The translations under genes were made by a program, and so were the position numbers. This document shows, in pieces, positions 44,555-53,256 of a stretch of 64,000 nucleotides of DNA. Numbering within the stretch: the first letter of the stretch is position 1; each line of letters starts with the position of its first letter. Source of the stretch: a virus (taxonomy: Duplodnaviria > Heunggongvirae > Uroviricota > Caudoviricetes); IMG/VR virus record IMGVR_UViG_3300028887_000002, positions 64,001 to 128,000 of that record; one strand, written 5' to 3'. The notes below the pieces were generated by a model that ran no database searches, was not told where the DNA came from, and worked only from the letters and a program-made list of their open reading frames with translations.

Positions 44555-44767
44555 CTAATTATTCAACCTTACGGTTATTGACGGGTCAACGAATGTAAAT
44601 TCACTCTCATTGTATTCCATATATACACCGAAAGGTATGCTTTCTATTCCGCTGTTCTGTATGCAAATACCCTTGTTGGGTTCACAGAACATCACTACTG
44701 CGTTCTTATTGTCTTCCGTCTTGCCTCCGAGGTACGGATATGTTCTATTTTCTACGTTTGATTCCAT
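44555..44767 (-). CDS. hypothetical protein
   Basis: 70 aa, operon context. Confidence 0.65.
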   Translation of the reverse strand: MESNVENRTYPYLGGKTEDNKNAVVMFCEPNKGICIQNSGIESIPFGVYMEYNESEFTFVDPSITVRLNN

Positions 44768-44788
44768 GTCTGTTAATTGTTTTGATTG

Positions 44789-44983
44789 TTATTTTTCTTC
44801 TTGACGCTTAACAATATCCTGCGACATAACTATATATTCGGGCGGTTGTGGTAGTTCGTTAAAATATTTCTCAAATTCAATGCACTTGTCACACTCAAAC
44901 ACAACATTTTCCTTGTTGCCGTCATTCAATTCTACGCAGTATGTGTTATAATTTTTGTCAAAAGTCACTTTTATCTTCTTCAT
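44789..44983 (-). CDS. hypothetical protein
   Basis: 64 aa, operon context. Confidence 0.55.
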   Translation of the reverse strand: MKKIKVTFDKNYNTYCVELNDGNKENVVFECDKCIEFEKYFNELPQPPEYIVMSQDIVKRQEEK

Positions 44984-44994
44984 ATTATTTGAAA

Positions 44995-45897
44995 TTATTT
45001 GTTTTCGTTAATTTCATTTAAATATAAATCTCTCAATGCAATTCCAAGATATTTTGCACCGCTTTGGCCGAACCAGTATTTTTTACTGAAAAGTTGCCCT
45101 TTTCCGTCAACAAAGTTATAACCTTTGTCCTTTATGAATATCTTTCCGAACCCATTTTCAAATGGGAAACACTCATCATACCAGTTTTCGTGTCCCATAT
45201 ATTTTGCATCATCATTAATGTATTTACCTTCCTTGTTAATATACATCCATTTCAAATATTTTCCACCAGAACCGTCCATTACTGAGAAAATCATACATAT
45301 TCCTGCATAATCATTATGGAATGCGGTTGCATCAGTAAAGAAACGTCCACCAAATGCTTTTTCTAAATTCTTGTCATAATAGTACCACATATTATATATT
45401 TTCACCAAAGAATATCCACAGGAGAAATTGTCAATATATTCAGCCTTATCAATGAAGGTTATATTTCCCTTTGTGTCAGCATATCCCCACTTAGTGTCAT
45501 ACCTTACTGGCGCATAATCCCCTTCTGTGAAGTCGCCGACATTGTTAGCCCATTCCTTTAACAGGAACTCACCGTTCTCATTCATAAAGTTCCAGCGGTT
45601 CTTATCGTTGCAGATAGGAATAAAACCATTAATAAATTCACCAGTCAACAACATATGGGGATATTGTGACATATCAGCCTCAGTAGTTACAGTTGCAGTA
45701 TGAATATGAAAAACACCCATGCGATAGGTTGGTTCTACCATATCAGTCTCCAATATATACCAGTGCTTGCTGTTCTTATATGGAACATATTGAAAACTAT
45801 GGGGTATAGTATCATATACAGCAATTATGTTGGCATCATTACCAACTACCGACCCGTAGGGCAGTGTGTTTTCTGTAACTAATATGACTTGTATCAT
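44995..45897 (-). CDS. WG-repeat protein
   Basis: Repeated F..G.A.V....KW.Y.D..G units. Confidence 0.75.
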   Translation of the reverse strand: MIQVILVTENTLPYGSVVGNDANIIAVYDTIPHSFQYVPYKNSKHWYILETDMVEPTYRMGVFHIHTATVTTEADMSQYPHMLLTGEFINGFIPICNDKNRWNFMNENGEFLLKEWANNVGDFTEGDYAPVRYDTKWGYADTKGNITFIDKAEYIDNFSCGYSLVKIYNMWYYYDKNLEKAFGGRFFTDATAFHNDYAGICMIFSVMDGSGGKYLKWMYINKEGKYINDDAKYMGHENWYDECFPFENGFGKIFIKDKGYNFVDGKGQLFSKKYWFGQSGAKYLGIALRDLYLNEINENK

Positions 45898-45954
45898 CTG
45901 TGAGTAGTTTTCTTAAAATATAGGGATGATGGGGAAGAAAAACAATATCAAGCA

Positions 45955-47115
45955 TCAATCTTTGAAACTAAGATATGGAAAATATATCGTTGGCTTCTGA
46001 ACTTCATCAACACCATATTGTGTTATATCCATTTGTTTCAATAACGCAATCAAGACATCAACAACAATTGAGTTTCCTGCTTGCTGGTACATCGCGGTGT
46101 CTGAACAGACTATCTTGAAATCATCACGAAAGCCCATAAGTCTTAAACATTCGCGGGGCGTTAACTTTCTAAACCTCCCTGTGTGAGAGACATAGTTATC
46201 AATTCCTGCGCGGTGCATCTTATGCATTGAGTGAAGCAACGGCCTTGCAACATCAAGGTCGGTTTCGGTTGAAGTCTTGAAGTTCTTTGTACCTTCCGTC
46301 TTTATGAACTTGGTCATCTTTTCGGAAAGGTAGTATTTTTCAAGAACATCCTTGACTGGGAATACAAACTCATCAAATCTTGGATTGTTATAGTCGCCAT
46401 TGTCGCGTGGAGTTATAAATTTCTGATTTTCACCTTCAATATAAAACCTGTCATCCTTGAAATCCTCAAGAAAATCATACATTCTGCATTTCAGTTCAAT
46501 TGGTTTGGGGTATTGAAACTCTGTTTTCTCTTTAAATCCCAAACAATATAACCTTCTTCGGTTCTGCGGAATTCCATAATCACAACTATTCAAGATTCTA
46601 AACTTCACATCATAGCCAAATTCTTCAAATATATCGTGGATGACATTCCAAGTCCTACCATTGTCGTGAGTTAACAAACCACGGACGTTTTCAAACAGAA
46701 AGACTTTAGGCTGAGTCTTCTTGATAACTCTTGCAAACTCATAGAACAATGTACCTCTTGCATCCTCAAACCCTAACTTGTGACCGACACTTGAAAATGC
46801 CTGACAGGGAGCACCACCTACAATAAAATCAACCTTACCCTTATATTTGGTTGCATCAAAGTCCCTAATGTCAGTGAACCAATCGCCTTCGTTAATATCA
46901 TAGTTTGCGAAATAACTCTTCTTGACGTTCAGTTCAATGTCGCCAGCAAAAACAATCTTGTGTTTAAGTCCCAGCCTTTGGAAAGCATGTTCTATTGCTC
47001 CAATCCCGCTGAACAACGTACCAACACGTACAATCCTTTCGGGGAACTGAAAAGGTTTTTCCTTCCAGTTAGTGTTATAGTCAATTGCAGTCTCCTTCAG
47101 TTCTTGAAATTCCAA
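45955..47115 (-). CDS. DNA (cytosine-5)-methyltransferase, second domain; in frame with the upstream MTase across a single TAG
   Basis: LFSGIGA, GAPCQAFS, FENV, PQNRRR, QAGNSIVV; only a TTG start is available. Confidence 0.9.
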   Translation of the reverse strand: MEFQELKETAIDYNTNWKEKPFQFPERIVRVGTLFSGIGAIEHAFQRLGLKHKIVFAGDIELNVKKSYFANYDINEGDWFTDIRDFDATKYKGKVDFIVGGAPCQAFSSVGHKLGFEDARGTLFYEFARVIKKTQPKVFLFENVRGLLTHDNGRTWNVIHDIFEEFGYDVKFRILNSCDYGIPQNRRRLYCLGFKEKTEFQYPKPIELKCRMYDFLEDFKDDRFYIEGENQKFITPRDNGDYNNPRFDEFVFPVKDVLEKYYLSEKMTKFIKTEGTKNFKTSTETDLDVARPLLHSMHKMHRAGIDNYVSHTGRFRKLTPRECLRLMGFRDDFKIVCSDTAMYQQAGNSIVVDVLIALLKQMDITQYGVDEVQKPTIYFPYLSFKD

Positions 47116-47211
47116 TTGTTCGGAATGTTCCCTTATGACTTTCTTTGCTTCAACTATCTTGTCGGATGTTTCACTGATGTGGTCGTCAATCTTTGTTATA
47201 ATATCTTCTTT

Positions 47212-48246
47212 CTATTTCAAATCACCTTTTGAAAAACGTACCGCCAAACCTATTGCTTTTCCTAATAAGCAAGGAACTGCATTACCGATTTGAACCAATT
47301 GTTTGGCTTTTGTCCCCTCGAAAATAAAGTCATCGGGAAACGATTGCAATCTAGCCATTTCCCTTGCAGTCAATACACGTGGAAGTTTTGAATGAACATT
47401 CACTCCGCCGTGATTTTCCTTTATGGTACAGGACGCTTCGTTCCAAGGACATTTCTTCCAAGCATCGGAATATCCTTTATATAGGCTTTTTCCTTCGGGG
47501 CATTCTATCATTCGCTGTTGCATTTCCTCACTATGTTTGGTTGGGACGTGATTAAAACCAGGGTCTTCAGGATGATTTATCAAGTCGCCAATCGCTTCGC
47601 CAGTTGTAATATATTCATTTGGCGTTAGTATTGGTTTGGGATGATAATTCGTTGCGCCAATCCGATTTCCAATAAAAATCACTCGTTCCCTTTTCTGTGG
47701 CGTGTAATAATCAGCAGCACAAAGTGTGGTAACATTCATTTCGTAGCCAATCTCCTTGTAGTCGGAGATAATTTTCTTCTCCACTTTGCCACCAAGCATA
47801 CTGCGAAGTCCTTTTACGTTTTCACATATAACAAAATCTGGTTGCAAAGTCTTGACAATTTCAAGCATTTCCTTATATAAGGAGTTACGTGGGTCGTCTG
47901 CAATACGGTTGCCCGCCATACTGAAACCTTGACAAGGAAATCCTCCAGCAATAATATTCAATTTTCGTCCATTAAGTTTTTCTTTTACCGCTTGATAAAA
48001 CTTATCTTTTACATCTTGTTGTTTAATATCGCCCTCAACAAAAGGATGATTAAAGTTACGACGATAGGTCATCCCTGCCTCTTTGAACCAATCAAGCCCA
48101 CAAATACCTTGCAAGCCAGCCAATTCAAGTCCTTTACTAAGTCCTCCAGCTCCGCAAAACAAATCAACAAATGTCATATCAGATTTCGGAACATTATCCC
48201 AAACTTCACTGATATCAAACCAATTAACAATATCTTTCTTTCGCAT
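47212..48246 (-). CDS. DNA (cytosine-5)-methyltransferase, first domain
   Basis: DLFCGAGG, GFPCQGFS, CENV, PQKRER, QIGNAVP. Confidence 0.93.
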   Translation of the reverse strand: MRKKDIVNWFDISEVWDNVPKSDMTFVDLFCGAGGLSKGLELAGLQGICGLDWFKEAGMTYRRNFNHPFVEGDIKQQDVKDKFYQAVKEKLNGRKLNIIAGGFPCQGFSMAGNRIADDPRNSLYKEMLEIVKTLQPDFVICENVKGLRSMLGGKVEKKIISDYKEIGYEMNVTTLCAADYYTPQKRERVIFIGNRIGATNYHPKPILTPNEYITTGEAIGDLINHPEDPGFNHVPTKHSEEMQQRMIECPEGKSLYKGYSDAWKKCPWNEASCTIKENHGGVNVHSKLPRVLTAREMARLQSFPDDFIFEGTKAKQLVQIGNAVPCLLGKAIGLAVRFSKGDLK

Positions 48247-48251
48247 AATAG

Positions 48252-48635
48252 TTATATAAATTTTCCGTTTTTCAACATCAAGTTGATTCTTTTCCAGTCA
48301 ACGCCATATTGGTTTCTTGGACAACCTAGGTTTGCGTCATCAATATAGATATGGGCATAAACCTTCGGTGAATCAGTCCATCGCCTTTGTGTTGGATTCT
48401 CATTAACTGCATATAGCGGGATATTCCTGTCATTGAACCATTGAACCGCATCATCCAGTACGGTTTTATCTTCATTCACTGGTGAAGGTTCGCTTCCTCG
48501 CATTGTGAGCAGTATCAGTTGGTGGCCGTTATCAGTCAAAGCCTTCAATGTCTCAACTGCACCCTCCAAATCCTGTCCAACATTTGGATAGAGGTGTTCT
48601 ACGCAGGTTCCATCAAAATCAATCGCAAATATCAT
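48252..48635 (-). CDS. HAD-superfamily phosphatase (BT0820-like)
   Basis: IDFDGT, LLTMR, SPKV, YIDD. Confidence 0.85.
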   Translation of the reverse strand: MIFAIDFDGTCVEHLYPNVGQDLEGAVETLKALTDNGHQLILLTMRGSEPSPVNEDKTVLDDAVQWFNDRNIPLYAVNENPTQRRWTDSPKVYAHIYIDDANLGCPRNQYGVDWKRINLMLKNGKFI

Positions 48636-48882
48636 ATTCTAACTTTTCAATTTCGTTATTCAATTTATCTATAATTTCCTTCTTGTTCGCAAAGAGTTCC
48701 GTTTCCTTGGCTGACGCACTAACCATAATGCCTTCGGAGTTGACAGCACTTATGGAATATACTGGTGTTCCGACTTCAACCTTAACTGCTTTGACCTCGC
48801 ATTTGAACGGCAGAGTTGAACCGAATTCCTTTCGTCCGAACATATATGCGATGTCACCTATCTTAAACCTATTTGCAATCAT
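48619..48882 (-). CDS. hypothetical protein
   Basis: 87 aa, FKIGD N-terminus. Confidence 0.65.
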   Translation of the reverse strand: MIANRFKIGDIAYMFGRKEFGSTLPFKCEVKAVKVEVGTPVYSISAVNSEGIMVSASAKETELFANKKEIIDKLNNEIEKLEYDICD

Positions 48883-49267
48883 ATTCAGCCTCCATTAGAA
48901 TATTTCGGTATATAGCCTCCATAGCGAAAGTAAGTTTGCTGACAATCTCAAATCGTTCCTTGTTAGACATGACATCATTTTTTTCTGGACTGAACAGCAT
49001 TGAGACAGGATAGTTGTACTCGTCATCGTATATAACTTCAATATAAGTCATTACACGCTTTCCTTTCTGATGTATGGCATAAGGTACGGTGTAGGTTTTC
49101 TTGTTATTTTCAATTGTGAATGTCCCATATACCTCATCGTTATCGTCACAGAGATACTTGACATCAGCATTGAAGAAAAGCCTATCTTCTTCAAGTCGTA
49201 TTGATTGGGAGTTGGCTGAAATAATTGTAGCCAGCATAAATGTTAATGTTAAAAATATTGCTTTCAT
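48869..49267 (-). CDS. hypothetical protein with signal peptide
   Basis: MKAIFLTLTFMLATIISANS-Q, Bacteroidota-style Sec signal. Confidence 0.7.
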   Translation of the reverse strand: MKAIFLTLTFMLATIISANSQSIRLEEDRLFFNADVKYLCDDNDEVYGTFTIENNKKTYTVPYAIHQKGKRVMTYIEVIYDDEYNYPVSMLFSPEKNDVMSNKERFEIVSKLTFAMEAIYRNILMEAEYDCK

Positions 49268-49443
49268 TATCTATTAATTAAATTAAAATTCGGGTCGTTG
49301 TCAACATCATAAAGGAATCCACACATAAAGGCTGATGAAACCATTGCCCATGTCGGTTGTTCCTGTGTGTTCGCTTTCATTGCCTTGATAAACCTTTCGG
49401 TTGCATCAATGACATTTTCTTTTTTCTTGTTGTTAATTTTCAT
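49267..49443 (-). CDS. 58-aa hypothetical protein (not in ORF track)
   Basis: MKINNKKKENVIDATERF...; fills the gap and its stop overlaps the next ATG. Confidence 0.55.
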   Translation of the reverse strand: MKINNKKKENVIDATERFIKAMKANTQEQPTWAMVSSAFMCGFLYDVDNDPNFNLINR

Positions 49444-49451
49444 CGTATCTG

Positions 49452-49793
49452 TTATTTTAAAACATAAAAAATGCGTTCAAGCAAATCTATTCGTCTAATC
49501 GGGAGTATTTCAAACGGAACGGGGTGTTTGTCTTTGTTGGTTTCTAAAAAGTGTAAATCATTATTATTGAAATTATATTCAATATAGGTAACATGCACTT
49601 TCTCTTCATTTTCAATATTATATTTTGATATGTCAACCGATAATTCATTTTCCCGTGAACCAATGCGAGGCTTACCGTATTCTTTGATATATTGTATGAC
49701 ATATGACTTATATTTTTTCCAAATGATACGACGTAATTGGTGAATGATTTCAATTGTTTCATCTCTAAGCCATTCAAGTTTGTTTTCTTCCAT
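49452..49793 (-). CDS. hypothetical protein
   Basis: 113 aa, first gene after an early promoter. Confidence 0.7.
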   Translation of the reverse strand: MEENKLEWLRDETIEIIHQLRRIIWKKYKSYVIQYIKEYGKPRIGSRENELSVDISKYNIENEEKVHVTYIEYNFNNNDLHFLETNKDKHPVPFEILPIRRIDLLERIFYVLK

Positions 49794-49837
49794 ATTATTT
49801 CTCCTTTCCTTTTAGTTAAACATTAAGTTTGATGTTG

Positions 49838-49868
49838 CAAACATAAATACTATTTTTGAAACTGCAAA
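49838..49868 (-). promoter_or_regulatory. Bacteroidota sigma-A type promoter
   Basis: Minus strand TTTG-N19-TATGTTTG. Confidence 0.75.
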
Positions 49869-49896
49869 ATATTTATTGAAAAAATATTTCAAAACT

Positions 49897-50838
49897 ATGC
49901 GAATGCCCAGACCAGTATATAGACTTGCGACAATTGAACAATGTCACTCGTTGCTGAACGAAACAATGCACGTCTCCACTGAAATTGACCCTCTGAAAGA
50001 AAAGGTGTGTGATTTCATAAATTCCAAGATTGTTGAACAAATTGAAAATGTTGAAGAATATGGGGAATATACTTTTGTTATCAATAATGAATGGTTTGAG
50101 AAACTGAAAATCAATCTATATTTGGAATTTGTCATGCAACAGACCTTGGACGATAGGGGCAATGCAAACTATTACAATGAAAATGGGATTGATAACAATG
50201 GAAAACTAATCTCACCTGAACTGAATGTTCAAGTACAAGTTGACAAGTTAGGAAAATATGATAAGGGCTTATTATGGACAGTTGTGACTCACGAACTGAT
50301 GCACCTCTATGATGACTGCCGTTGGATTAGAAGGGGACACGATAGTCTGTGTGTGCAACCTTCAACAGTCAGTGACTACGGTTTGAAGATATTGGCGGAC
50401 AATTACAATATAGGACTACTGAAAGCAATATCGTTGGGTTGTTATCTTTCACAGTTCTCGGAAGAAAATGCCTTTGTCACAATGACGGTTGAAGAATTGA
50501 GAGCAATGAATGCGAGGGATGTTAATATCAAGAAGAAGATGAGAACAACCAAGGCATTCCGCAACTATAACAAGTTCGTTATTGATATGAGATATTATCT
50601 TAACAATACAAATGATAGGGAGTTAGTATTTATCAATAACCTTTTGTTAACGAAATTCAAGGATTCTCATGTTCCGAAGATGAGTGGTAACAATTTCAAT
50701 CCATCAGCATACAAGGAAAAGTTGTCTAAGTGGAGCAATGAGGTCAAGGTTCATTTTATGAGACGCTTTTGTGGTGCGGTGCAGTATTATTTGGAAGAGA
50801 GGGGACTCCGTAGATTCACTTGTTTAGGGATTCAATAA
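49897..50838 (+). CDS. zincin-like metallopeptidase-domain late protein
   Basis: VTHELMHLY with downstream EENAF; N-terminal ..SLLNE; TATTTAT at 49870. Confidence 0.65.
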   Translation: MRMPRPVYRLATIEQCHSLLNETMHVSTEIDPLKEKVCDFINSKIVEQIENVEEYGEYTFVINNEWFEKLKINLYLEFVMQQTLDDRGNANYYNENGIDNNGKLISPELNVQVQVDKLGKYDKGLLWTVVTHELMHLYDDCRWIRRGHDSLCVQPSTVSDYGLKILADNYNIGLLKAISLGCYLSQFSEENAFVTMTVEELRAMNARDVNIKKKMRTTKAFRNYNKFVIDMRYYLNNTNDRELVFINNLLLTKFKDSHVPKMSGNNFNPSAYKEKLSKWSNEVKVHFMRRFCGAVQYYLEERGLRRFTCLGIQ

Positions 50839-50869
50839 AAAAATCCCCGTCAGTTATCGGCGGGGAATT
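50837..50869. terminator. intrinsic terminator between convergent genes
   Basis: TCCCCGTC/GGCGGGGA stem with an A tract on the left. Confidence 0.7.
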
Positions 50870-50881
50870 GAATGATTGTTG

Positions 50882-51352
50882 TTATTCCTTGTCTTTGTTG
50901 TCATCAACATCCTCAAGAATCATGTCCCGTGCCTTGCGTGGCAGTGAGAAAAAGTCCTTCGGCAAACATTCAAAGTTATTTTTCTTGAACTTTTTGAATT
51001 TTTCATCGTTCTTCCAGCAATGTTCAAAATCACATTCGTTACACCCATTGTCTGCTGGTTCAATCCATTGTGTTTCAACATTCACAGCACCATTGTCGTA
51101 ATCGTAAGTAACGTTGAGTACTTTATAAAGAGCACCACCTGATTTGATATTTTCACCAATTCTCGGTATAGTTTTTAAATTTTTGGTGGTTAATAATGGG
51201 CAACGTAATGCGCCTTTTCCGTCCTTAAATTCAAAAATAATGTCTTTGCCGTTATTGTCTTTCGGATAATAGAAGATATTCATCTCCCATTTTAAGTCAT
51301 CCTTAATATATTCACAACAGGAATAATTGCTTTTGCTAGTTTCTGTACACAT
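50882..51352 (-). CDS. hypothetical protein
   Basis: 156 aa. Confidence 0.7.
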   Translation of the reverse strand: MCTETSKSNYSCCEYIKDDLKWEMNIFYYPKDNNGKDIIFEFKDGKGALRCPLLTTKNLKTIPRIGENIKSGGALYKVLNVTYDYDNGAVNVETQWIEPADNGCNECDFEHCWKNDEKFKKFKKNNFECLPKDFFSLPRKARDMILEDVDDNKDKE

Positions 51353-51363
51353 AGTTATTCAAA

Positions 51364-51789
51364 TTATTTAATCTCCTTATTATCCACCATAAAGCATTGT
51401 TCTTCATCAAACCCCAGCACAAGTTCATGAAAACGGGTGTTCTCACTATCATAATCACCGTCACCTGGGTTGAAAGCCTTTATGAAACAACCAACATAAT
51501 ATAGGCGGTATATTACATTCCCCTTGTCGTCAATCATATCATAGGAAGAATCAAAACGTTTGTTCCAATCACAATTCTTCACCTTGTATGGTATTGATGG
51601 CTCGTTGCCACGCATAATGTCATAAACGGTAAGTCGTATTTCCTTGCGTTCATTATCAACTTTCACTGTCTTGAAGTACCAGTATGGTATGTATAGTTCT
51701 GTGTTGGTCACCAAGTCAAAGACAAAGCGGTTCTTTCTTCCAACGAATTTTACTTCTGAATCTGTTATTACTTTTATATCCATAGTCAA
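51364..51789 (-). CDS. hypothetical protein; weak resemblance to the tail tube fold
   Basis: RKNRFVF N-terminus and GD.DY.S C-terminus echo the tube protein at 62290. Confidence 0.55.
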   Translation of the reverse strand: MTMDIKVITDSEVKFVGRKNRFVFDLVTNTELYIPYWYFKTVKVDNERKEIRLTVYDIMRGNEPSIPYKVKNCDWNKRFDSSYDMIDDKGNVIYRLYYVGCFIKAFNPGDGDYDSENTRFHELVLGFDEEQCFMVDNKEIK

Positions 51790-51900
51790 TTAATTTTTTT
51801 ATCAATATAGACCACTTTCTAAAAAAAAGCAATAAATAATTGTTTCTTCGGACTATTTATAATAGAAAAAATAATAACGAAATAAAAATAATTTTTGAAT

Positions 51901-52209
51901 ATGGCAAAGCAAGTTATTAGACTTAACGAATCAGACCTTGCAAGAATGATTGGCGAGGCTGTAAAGGAACTCAAGAAAGAAGGTAAGTCCCACAAGAGAG
52001 GTGAAGATTGCAGAGGTGGAAACTGTGACGGTCACAAGACCAAGATGAAACCCTACAAGGAACCGAAGTATCGCGATTTCAATTTCGATGAAGAGGAAGA
52101 CGAAGTAATAGTAAATGAAAACGTCAAAAAGAAAAACTCTCGTTTAACCGACAATATGATTTCGGAAGCAATCAGACATACAATAAAGGACTATATCCGC
52201 AAGAAATAA
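51901..52209 (+). CDS. small late protein
   Basis: KQVIRLNESDLARMIGEAVKE; TATTTAT at 51854. Confidence 0.75.
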   Translation: MAKQVIRLNESDLARMIGEAVKELKKEGKSHKRGEDCRGGNCDGHKTKMKPYKEPKYRDFNFDEEEDEVIVNENVKKKNSRLTDNMISEAIRHTIKDYIRKK

Positions 52210-52242
52210 CATTTCTTTTCTTTTTCCATAGGCAAACAAATG

Positions 52243-52274
52243 AACGAGTGTGGTGTCCGCGCTCGTTTTTTTTT
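52243..52274 (+). terminator. intrinsic terminator
   Basis: AACGAGTGTGG/CCGCGCTCGTT followed by a T tract. Confidence 0.75.
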
Positions 52275-52277
52275 ATG

Positions 52278-52691
52278 CTATATATATTTGAGGACTAATC
52301 CTCTCTCTGACAACATATCTTCAACATCCCGCAGGTTATTACCGAAATGGATTACAATCCTGTATGGTTCGGGATATTCTTCATATCCGTTTATATCCTC
52401 ATATGCCAATGCAACCACCCCGTCACGGCAGTCCTGCATCGTGAAACAGTTGTTATCCTGTGCAAGTACCAGGTTTATACTAGTCTTAAGTTCCTTTACA
52501 TACTGATATTGACTCCTATCAGGTATTAGTATATCATTCCTTATATTACCAGCAGGGCAATCATCCCAGCCTTCAGAAAAGACATCCTCGTCATTCTCGG
52601 CAAGCAGGAAATGGTAGACATTCAAACCGTCAACATCCATACCGATATATGATATGTATACAACTTTCAAATCATTATTAGGTTCTTCCAT
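52278..52691 (-). CDS. hypothetical protein
   Basis: 137 aa. Confidence 0.75.
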   Translation of the reverse strand: MEEPNNDLKVVYISYIGMDVDGLNVYHFLLAENDEDVFSEGWDDCPAGNIRNDILIPDRSQYQYVKELKTSINLVLAQDNNCFTMQDCRDGVVALAYEDINGYEEYPEPYRIVIHFGNNLRDVEDMLSERGLVLKYI

Positions 52692-52698
52692 ATGAAAT

Positions 52699-53256
52699 TC
52701 AATCTTTCTTAATTATAAATTGTGTTAATTGATATAAATCCTTGTTTGGAACTAAAACATTCACATCTTTATGCCCATAAGACTTCCGTTGATATGGGAC
52801 GTATGGTTTTTGGGGATTCTTGAATACTATTTCTTTTCCTTCAACTTTATCCTTTACAAACTTTGTGAGTTTTTCTCGTTGCAGAAATAAGAAGTCGTCA
52901 TATGTTTCAATCATAAGGTAGTCATTGGAAGGTTTGATTTCAAACCCGTATTTTGCAAGATTCTCCGTCTGTGGGGTTGCCGAACCAGGAAATCCTGTAT
53001 TGCCCACCAGTTCAATCCATGTCATTTCATTGGAGGCATTCTTGCTGGAACGACTGACTTTTTTTATCAACTTCTTGTCAATCGAACAGACTGTATTGTT
53101 AGTGCTTATCCATATGAAGTCTGTATGACAGTTGATGTCCAGTTCCTTGGTGGTCTTAATACACTTGCCACCGATTTTTTCCTCAATCAGTCGCATGGCT
53201 TCATCCTCGTCCTTGCTACCTAACTCTAAATATTTCCCATACTTCTCCAAGTCCAT
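52699..53256 (-). CDS. putative PD-(D/E)XK nuclease
   Basis: H.DF......IDKK and downstream WIEL....G..G pattern. Confidence 0.5.
   Translation of the reverse strand: MDLEKYGKYLELGSKDEDEAMRLIEEKIGGKCIKTTKELDINCHTDFIWISTNNTVCSIDKKLIKKVSRSSKNASNEMTWIELVGNTGFPGSATPQTENLAKYGFEIKPSNDYLMIETYDDFLFLQREKLTKFVKDKVEGKEIVFKNPQKPYVPYQRKSYGHKDVNVLVPNKDLYQLTQFIIKKD

Noticed and set aside
49471-49481. Self-target of the omega-RNA guide (ATGCGTTCAAG, 11 nt)
   Set aside because: The match omits the first four scaffold-proximal guide bases and is short enough to be chance.
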